This document shows positions 58,465 to 64,000 of a DNA stretch of 64,000 nucleotides, one piece after another. This stretch comes from an uncultured delta proteobacterium. Lineage in GTDB: Bacteria; Desulfobacterota; Binatia; Binatales; Binataceae. Under the pieces are notes generated by a model. It searched no databases and was not told the origin of the DNA. It saw only the letters and a program-made list of their open reading frames with translations. Each line of letters starts with the position of its first letter. Positions within the stretch are counted from its first letter, which is position 1. A program made the translations under genes and the position numbers. The stretch spans positions 2,208,001 through 2,272,000 of the forward strand of contig CAWEEQ010000004.1 of NCBI GenBank assembly GCA_963808235.1, written 5' to 3'.

Positions 58465-58900
58465 GAGAAGATGCACGAGCGTAGGGTCAAATTCGATAGC
58501 TGATCGACGATCCCATGTTAGCTCTAGATGCGCACAAATGGCACCAGCATCGCGGTCTTTGCGTGCATAGGCGTCTTAACAATTTCGCGCGTGACATGAG
58601 GTGGGAGAAGTGACCTCACAAACGTGTCGGTCCTACAGGTCTGGCGCTTGAGGGCACGAGGGGTTTATCTTCAGTTGTCGCCCGAAAACCTGACCAAACT
58701 TCCTAACACTCTGAATTTACGTTCAAGCAGATGATCGATGGCGCGGTGTCGAAGGGGGTTCAGCGCAAAGACATTGGCCCAAAAACTGGTCGCACGAAAG
58801 AGATGCTTCACACCGCATGGAATGCCCCCTGGATTCGCTGTGTTGCCGCGACTCAATTCCAACAACGCGGCGGAGTTTTGGCAGTGAGGAGAAATCAAAA

Positions 58901-59344
58901 ATGATGAAGCTCGAAAGAATTTTGGTGCCGATCGATTTTTCCGAACCCTCTCTGAAAGCGCTCGACGAGGCCGTCGAATTCAGTCGGCCATACGGTGCTG
59001 AACTCATATTGATGTCTGCCGTCGAACGCAGCTACTACGAGTCGCCAATATTGGTCCCCGATTCCGGAGCGCTTCTCGAACAACAGGCGCGCGCAGCTGA
59101 AGAGAAGCTCGAGGAAATCTGCAGAGGCATGGGCAAGCGCGGCGTCAACTGCCGCACGCTCGTAGAGTTCGGTGTCCCATACCAGGCGATCGTTGACGCG
59201 GCAAAAAAGGTCAACGCAAGTTTGATCGTCATGTCGACGCACGGGCGGACGGGATTGGCGCATGTTCTCATTGGCAGCGTCGCCGAAAGAGTCGTGCAGC
59301 ACGCCGGTTGTCCCGTTTTGTTGCTTCGCGGCCTGCCATCGTAA
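58901..59344 (+). CDS. Universal stress protein
   Basis: ILVPIDFSE.S and LIVMSTHGRTGL..VLIGSVAERVVQHAGCPVL. Confidence 0.93.
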   Translation: MMKLERILVPIDFSEPSLKALDEAVEFSRPYGAELILMSAVERSYYESPILVPDSGALLEQQARAAEEKLEEICRGMGKRGVNCRTLVEFGVPYQAIVDAAKKVNASLIVMSTHGRTGLAHVLIGSVAERVVQHAGCPVLLLRGLPS

Positions 59345-59832
59345 AATCGGCGAGTTGCAGGGATGGCTCAGCGTTCCTGGAACTGCGCAATTCATTCTGA
59401 ACGGCACTCCACGGAGGTGGCATTTGGACCTCTCAAATTGCAACTACGGCTCAACAAACGATTTCCTCAAAGCTGAAGCGATACCGGACTCGGGTTCCAT
59501 CGAAGGCGTGGTCCTCAACAAAGCCCAATAAATTCATCTGTGAGTGAAAGAACCTGGGCTTCCGGCCGACAGGAAATCACGGTCAAGTAAAGCGGTTGGT
59601 TATCAAAAGAACAGATGATGCCAATCGCCGGCTCAGCCAAATCCTAAATCTGCTAAAGTAGCTGCGAACGGCGGTTTAGTATGAGCACCGAGAATTTCCG
59701 GTTCAGGTTAATCCACGCCGGGCAGGTACGCTGACACACGATTCGGATTCCAGGTCGGACGGTCGGAGTTCGACGATGTCATTTGAAATCTGCGAGTGAA
59801 GTTTTTGCAACCGGCAATCGCACAGGTGCCGA

Positions 59833-61167
59833 ATGGCTAACGCAGAAGATGCGGTTGCAAAAGTAAGTCGCATGACAGGCAAACCGGTCGCGGACGCTGA
59901 GCTGGAAAGACTTCAGCGCAAATCGTTCAGCTACTTTCTGCATGAGACGAATCCGGACAACGGGCTGGTGATCGATAAGACCGCGCCGGAATGGCCTGCG
60001 AGTATAGCAGCTACCGGCTTCGCGTTGGCGGCTTACCCGGTGGCCGTCGAGCGCGGATTTATGTCGCGTGCCGCTGCGGTAGAACGAACGCTAACGACGC
60101 TGCGTTTCTTCTGGAACAGCCCACAAGGCCCCGAGCCCGAGGCGACCGGGTACCAGGGACTGTACTATCACTTTCTCGACATGCGAACCGGCCGGCGCGC
60201 CTGGCAATGTGAACTATCAACAGTAGATAGCGCTTTTTTGCTCGCGGGTGCTTTGACCGCGGGAGTTTACTTCGACGCGGATACCGCCGACGAGCATGAA
60301 ATCCGCACCTTCGCTGACCGGCTCTATCGACGCGCGGATTGGCAATGGGCGCAAAACGGTGGCGCAACGCTTACCCACGGCTGGAAGCCCGAGAGCGGGT
60401 TCCTCAAGTACCGTTGGGAAGGTTACGACGAAGCGATGCTGCTGTACGTCCTGGGGATGGGCTCGCCTACTCGTCCGCTGCCCGAGAGCTCCTACACGGG
60501 GTGGATTTCGACTTATCGGTGGGAACACCGTTACGGATATGAATACCTTTACGCCGGGCCGTTGTTCACACATCAGCTCTCGCATATCTGGATTGACTTT
60601 CGCGGCATTCAGGATGCGTTCATGCGCGTCAAGGGCATCGACTATTTCGAGAACAGCCGTCGAGCGACCTATGTCCAACAACAGTACGCTATAGACAATC
60701 CGCTCAAGTTCGCCGGCTATGGCCGCCATTGCTGGGGAATCACCGCGAGCGACGGCCCTGGCGCCGAGACAATCAAGGTGGGCGGCATCGAGCGCCAATT
60801 CTTCGATTACCTGGGACGGGGCGTCCCGTATGGCCCCGACGACGGCAGCATCGCGCCGTGGGCGGCAGTGACATCGCTGCCGTTCGCGCCGGAGATCGTG
60901 CTGCCTACGATCGACTACTTCATTAATCAGGTTAAATTAACCGCGCACAACCCTTTCGGATTCAAAGCGACTTTCAACCCGACCTATCCGGTAGAATCGA
61001 GCACTTCCTGTGGATGGGTATCACCATGGCATTACGGAATTAATCAAGGTCCGATCATCTTAATGATCGAAAACTATCGTACCGGCTTGTCGTGGCGGTT
61101 GATGCGACACTGCCCTTACATCGAAAGCGGCTTGCATCGCGCGGGGTTTCGCGGGGGGTGGCTGTGA
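59833..61167 (+). CDS. Glucoamylase-like protein (DUF3131/GH144-related)
   Basis: NGLVIDK, SIAATGF.L, GLYYHFLD, ELSTVDSA, GYDEA, LFTHQ.SH, WGITASDGP and GINQGP. Confidence 0.85.
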   Translation: MANAEDAVAKVSRMTGKPVADAELERLQRKSFSYFLHETNPDNGLVIDKTAPEWPASIAATGFALAAYPVAVERGFMSRAAAVERTLTTLRFFWNSPQGPEPEATGYQGLYYHFLDMRTGRRAWQCELSTVDSAFLLAGALTAGVYFDADTADEHEIRTFADRLYRRADWQWAQNGGATLTHGWKPESGFLKYRWEGYDEAMLLYVLGMGSPTRPLPESSYTGWISTYRWEHRYGYEYLYAGPLFTHQLSHIWIDFRGIQDAFMRVKGIDYFENSRRATYVQQQYAIDNPLKFAGYGRHCWGITASDGPGAETIKVGGIERQFFDYLGRGVPYGPDDGSIAPWAAVTSLPFAPEIVLPTIDYFINQVKLTAHNPFGFKATFNPTYPVESSTSCGWVSPWHYGINQGPIILMIENYRTGLSWRLMRHCPYIESGLHRAGFRGGWL

Positions 61168-61251
61168 AAAGGCGATGAAGAAAGCGGCACTGCACTTCTG
61201 CGTGCGCGAAACCGGGTTCGTTCGGATTGCATACCGGCGAAGGACTTAATC

Positions 61252-62436
61252 ACGAAGCCGGCTAGCTCAAAGATTCTGACGATCAACGGCGGCTCGTCGA
61301 GCATTAAATTCGCGTTGTTTGAAGCTGGCGAGCCGCTACGCCGTTCGTTGGACGGAAGTACCGACCGGATCGGCCTGCCCGACGCCAGGTTCGCAATCAA
61401 AGGCTCGGAGAAATTTTCGCGAGCGTTGGCTGTGCCGAACCACACGGTCGCTGTGAAGGTCTTGATGGATTGGCTGGAGCAACGCATGGATCGCGACGCT
61501 TTGACAGCGGTCGGGCATCGCGTGGTGCATGGCGGGCCGAAGTATAGCAGCGCGCAGCGAATCACCCCGGCAATGATCGAGGAGTTGCACCGGCTGAGCG
61601 CATTCGATCCCGAGCATATGCCCGAGGAGATTCTGTTGACCGGTGCGTTTCATCACCGGTTTCCGGATGTGCCGCAAGTCGCGTGTTTCGACACAGCTTT
61701 TCACCAAGACCTGCCGCGAGTCGCCCGGTTGTTGCCCATCCCTCGTCGCTACGAGGCGCAAGGTGTGCGGCGGTACGGATTCCACGGGTTGTCGTATGCG
61801 TTTTTAGTGGGAGAACTCGCCCGCGTGGCGGGAATGGAAGCGGCACAAGGCCGGGTCATCCTCGCGCATCTCGGCAACGGCGCGAGCCTGGCGGCGGTGC
61901 GTCACGGCAAATCGATTGACACGAGCATGAGCTTCACTCCGACGGCCGGAGTGCCGATGAGCACCCGCTCGGGCGATCTCGATCCCGGACTGGTTTGGTA
62001 TCTGACGCGCTCGGAAAAAATGAGCGCGAAGGAATTCAACGAGATGGTCAATTTCCAGTCGGGGCTGCTCGGGATGTCCGAGACCAGTTCCGACATGCAC
62101 GACCTGCTCGAACTTGAAGCGCATGACGTGCGGGCGGCCGAAGCGGTCGCGGTGTTTTGTTACCAGGTCAAGAAGTGGATCGGCGCATTCGCGGCGTCGC
62201 TGGGCGGACTGGACACGCTGGTGTTCGCCGGCGGCATCGGCGAAAACGCCCCCGTGGTCCGGTCCCGCATTTGCGACGGCCTGGGATTCCTCGGCATTGA
62301 ACTCGAAGAGAAGCGAAACGCGGCGAATGAAGGCGTGATTTCCGCGGCGGCCGGCCGGGTCACGGTCCGCGTCATTCGTACGGATGAAGACCTCATGATC
62401 GCCAGGACGGTTTGCAGCGTTCTTGGCCTTGGCTGA
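61252..62436 (+). CDS. ackA: Acetate/propionate kinase with an apparent non-canonical ACG start
   Basis: [13 protein letters not shown] lies upstream of the ORF-track start. Also [30 protein letters not shown] and GGIGEN. Confidence 0.9.
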   Translation, partial: TKPASSKILTINGGSSSIKFALFEAGEPLRRSLDGSTDRIGLPDARFAIKGSEKFSRALAVPNHTVAVKVLMDWLEQRMDRDALTAVGHRVVHGGPKYSSAQRITPAMIEELHRLSAFDPEHMPEEILLTGAFHHRFPDVPQVACFDTAFHQDLPRVARLLPIPRRYEAQGVRRYGFHGLSYAFLVGELARVAGMEAAQGRVILAHLGNGASLAAVRHGKSIDTSMSFTPTAGVPMSTRSGDLDPGLVWYLTRSEKMSAKEFNEMVNFQSGLLGMSETSSDMHDLLELEAHDVRAAEAVAVFCYQVKKWIGAFAASLGGLDTLVFAGGIGENAPVVRSRICDGLGFLGIELEEKRNAANEGVISAAAGRVTVRVIRTDEDLMIARTVCSVLGLG

Positions 62437-62453
62437 AAAAGGAGAATCGAACC

Positions 62454-64000
62454 ATGAACGCAGAGACTCTCTCCGCGGAACTGCTTCACAAGATGGACGC
62501 CTACTGGCGCGCCGCCAATTACATCTCGGTCGGCCAGATTTATCTCTACAACAATCCCCTGCTAAACGAGCCGCTCAAATTGTCGGACGTGAAACCGCTG
62601 GTAGTCGGACACTGGGGCACGACGCCGGGCCAGAACTTCATCTATGTGCATTTGAACCGGGTCATCAAGGAATACGACCTGGATATGTTCTACATTGCCG
62701 GTCCCGGTCATGGCGGTCCGGCGCTGGTGGGCAACACTTATCTCGAAGGCACCTATAGTGAGATTTATCCGAACATCAGCCAGGACGAAGCGGGACTGAA
62801 GAAGTTGTTCAAGCAATTTTCATTTCCCGGGGGGATATCCAGCCACGTTGCACCGACGACGCCGGGCTCGATCCACGAAGGTGGCGAGCTGGGCTACTCG
62901 TTAAGCCACGCCTTCGGAGCCGCGTTCGACAATCCCGATCTTATCGTGTCCTGCGTCATCGGCGACGGTGAGGCGGAAACCGGGCCGCTCGCGACCGCAT
63001 GGCAGTCCAACAAGCTGCTGAATCCAATTTCCGACGGAGCCGTGCTACCGATCCTGCACCTCAATGGCTACAAGATAAGCAACCCGACCTTGCTGGCTCG
63101 CATTGAGCATGACGAACTGGAGCAATTCCTGCGAGGCTGCGGATGGACACCTTACTTTGTCGAAGGTGACGAGCCGGAAAAGATGCATCAACTCATGGCG
63201 GGTACTTTGGAAAAGGTCATCGAGGACATCCGACAAATCCAAAGCAATGCACGGAAGAATAACGACACCACTCGGCCACGCTGGCCAATGATCGTACTGA
63301 GATCACCCAAGGGTTGGACGGGACCGAAAGTCGTTGACGGCTTGCAAATCGAGGGCACCTTCCGATCGCACCAAGTGCCGCTTCTCGTTGATCCCGAACA
63401 TCCCGACCACGTCAAGCTGCTTGAAAGCTGGATGAAGAGCTACAAGGCCGAGGAGTTGTTCGATGAGCACGGCCGTCTCATGCCGGAATTGGCCGAGCTG
63501 GCGCCCAAGGGTGAACGGCGGATGGGCGCCAACCCGCATAGCAACGGCGGAATTCTGCTGCGCGACCTGCGGATGCCAGACTTCCGCGAGCACGCTGTAG
63601 AGGTCCCATCACCCGGCGCCGTCGAGGCCCAGGATACTCTCGTGCTGGGCAAGTTCCTGCGTGATGTGGCCAAACTGAATCAGGAGCAGCGTAACTTTCG
63701 CGTCTTCGGCCCCGATGAGACGCTCTCGAATCTTCTGGGCGCGGTTTTTGAAGTCACTAACCGTCAGTGGGACGCGCGCGAGGCCAAGAATGATGAATTC
63801 CTCGCGCCCGCCGGACGGGTGCTGGACTCGATGCTCAGCGAGCACCAGTGCCAAGGTTGGCTCGAGGGTTATCTGCTCACCGGCCGGCACGGGCTGTTCA
63901 ACAGCTATGAGGCATTCATTCGCATCGTCGACTCGATGTTCAGCCAGCATGCCAAGTGGCTGAAGGTGACGCTGGAACTACCCTGGCGCCGGAAGATCGC
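62454..64000 (+). CDS. xfp: Phosphoketolase (xylulose-5-P/fructose-6-P), truncated by the window end
   Basis: [48 protein letters not shown] and SEHQCQG. RBS AAGGAG. Confidence 0.96.
   Translation, partial: MNAETLSAELLHKMDAYWRAANYISVGQIYLYNNPLLNEPLKLSDVKPLVVGHWGTTPGQNFIYVHLNRVIKEYDLDMFYIAGPGHGGPALVGNTYLEGTYSEIYPNISQDEAGLKKLFKQFSFPGGISSHVAPTTPGSIHEGGELGYSLSHAFGAAFDNPDLIVSCVIGDGEAETGPLATAWQSNKLLNPISDGAVLPILHLNGYKISNPTLLARIEHDELEQFLRGCGWTPYFVEGDEPEKMHQLMAGTLEKVIEDIRQIQSNARKNNDTTRPRWPMIVLRSPKGWTGPKVVDGLQIEGTFRSHQVPLLVDPEHPDHVKLLESWMKSYKAEELFDEHGRLMPELAELAPKGERRMGANPHSNGGILLRDLRMPDFREHAVEVPSPGAVEAQDTLVLGKFLRDVAKLNQEQRNFRVFGPDETLSNLLGAVFEVTNRQWDAREAKNDEFLAPAGRVLDSMLSEHQCQGWLEGYLLTGRHGLFNSYEAFIRIVDSMFSQHAKWLKVTLELPWRRKI

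Larger units (their letters stand above)
55935..64000. mobile_element. Probable second tRNA-Leu island, extending beyond the window
   Basis: Starts at an att-like tRNA fragment. The intact minus-strand tRNA is predicted further right, and long low-coding spacers are present. Confidence 0.55.

Noticed and set aside
61165-61167. Selenocysteine read-through fusing the glucoamylase-like gene to ackA
   Set aside because: The TGA follows what looks like the natural C-terminus (GFRGGWL), is not at a Cys-type position, and ackA has its own RBS.

Overview
GC-rich bacterial chromosome segment. The gene content (LLM and PPOX-class oxidoreductases, amidohydrolases, a carotenoid oxygenase, three RND permeases, outer-membrane barrels) fits a diderm soil bacterium such as Candidatus Binatota, but that is inference only. 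Positions 1-46.7 kb hold ordinary envelope, efflux and catabolic genes. That stretch also carries an AhpD-like gene split by an in-frame TGA in a CxxU motif with a SECIS-like hairpin (probable selenoprotein), a SufR-like regulator with twin operators facing a Rieske-fusion/questin-oxidase pair, and a frameshifted outer-membrane barrel gene. Two copies of the 3' half of tRNA-Leu(TAA) (46717-46772 and 55935-55990) mark tandem tRNA-integrated islands. The first island (about 9.2 kb, no intact integrase) is largely one 8-gene operon: porin, two monoheme cytochromes c, a DsrL/NfnB-like Fe-S flavoprotein, a Rieske protein, a fused cytochrome b, a tetraheme cytochrome c and a monoheme cytochrome c. 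This is the best candidate for an undescribed system, a possible outer-membrane-to-NAD(H) electron conduit. The second island runs off the right edge and carries TetR, a SpoIIAA-like protein, a Rieske oxygenase, a USP, a glucoamylase-like protein, ackA (apparently with an ACG start) and phosphoketolase. All calls come from motif recognition by eye; no database searches were run.
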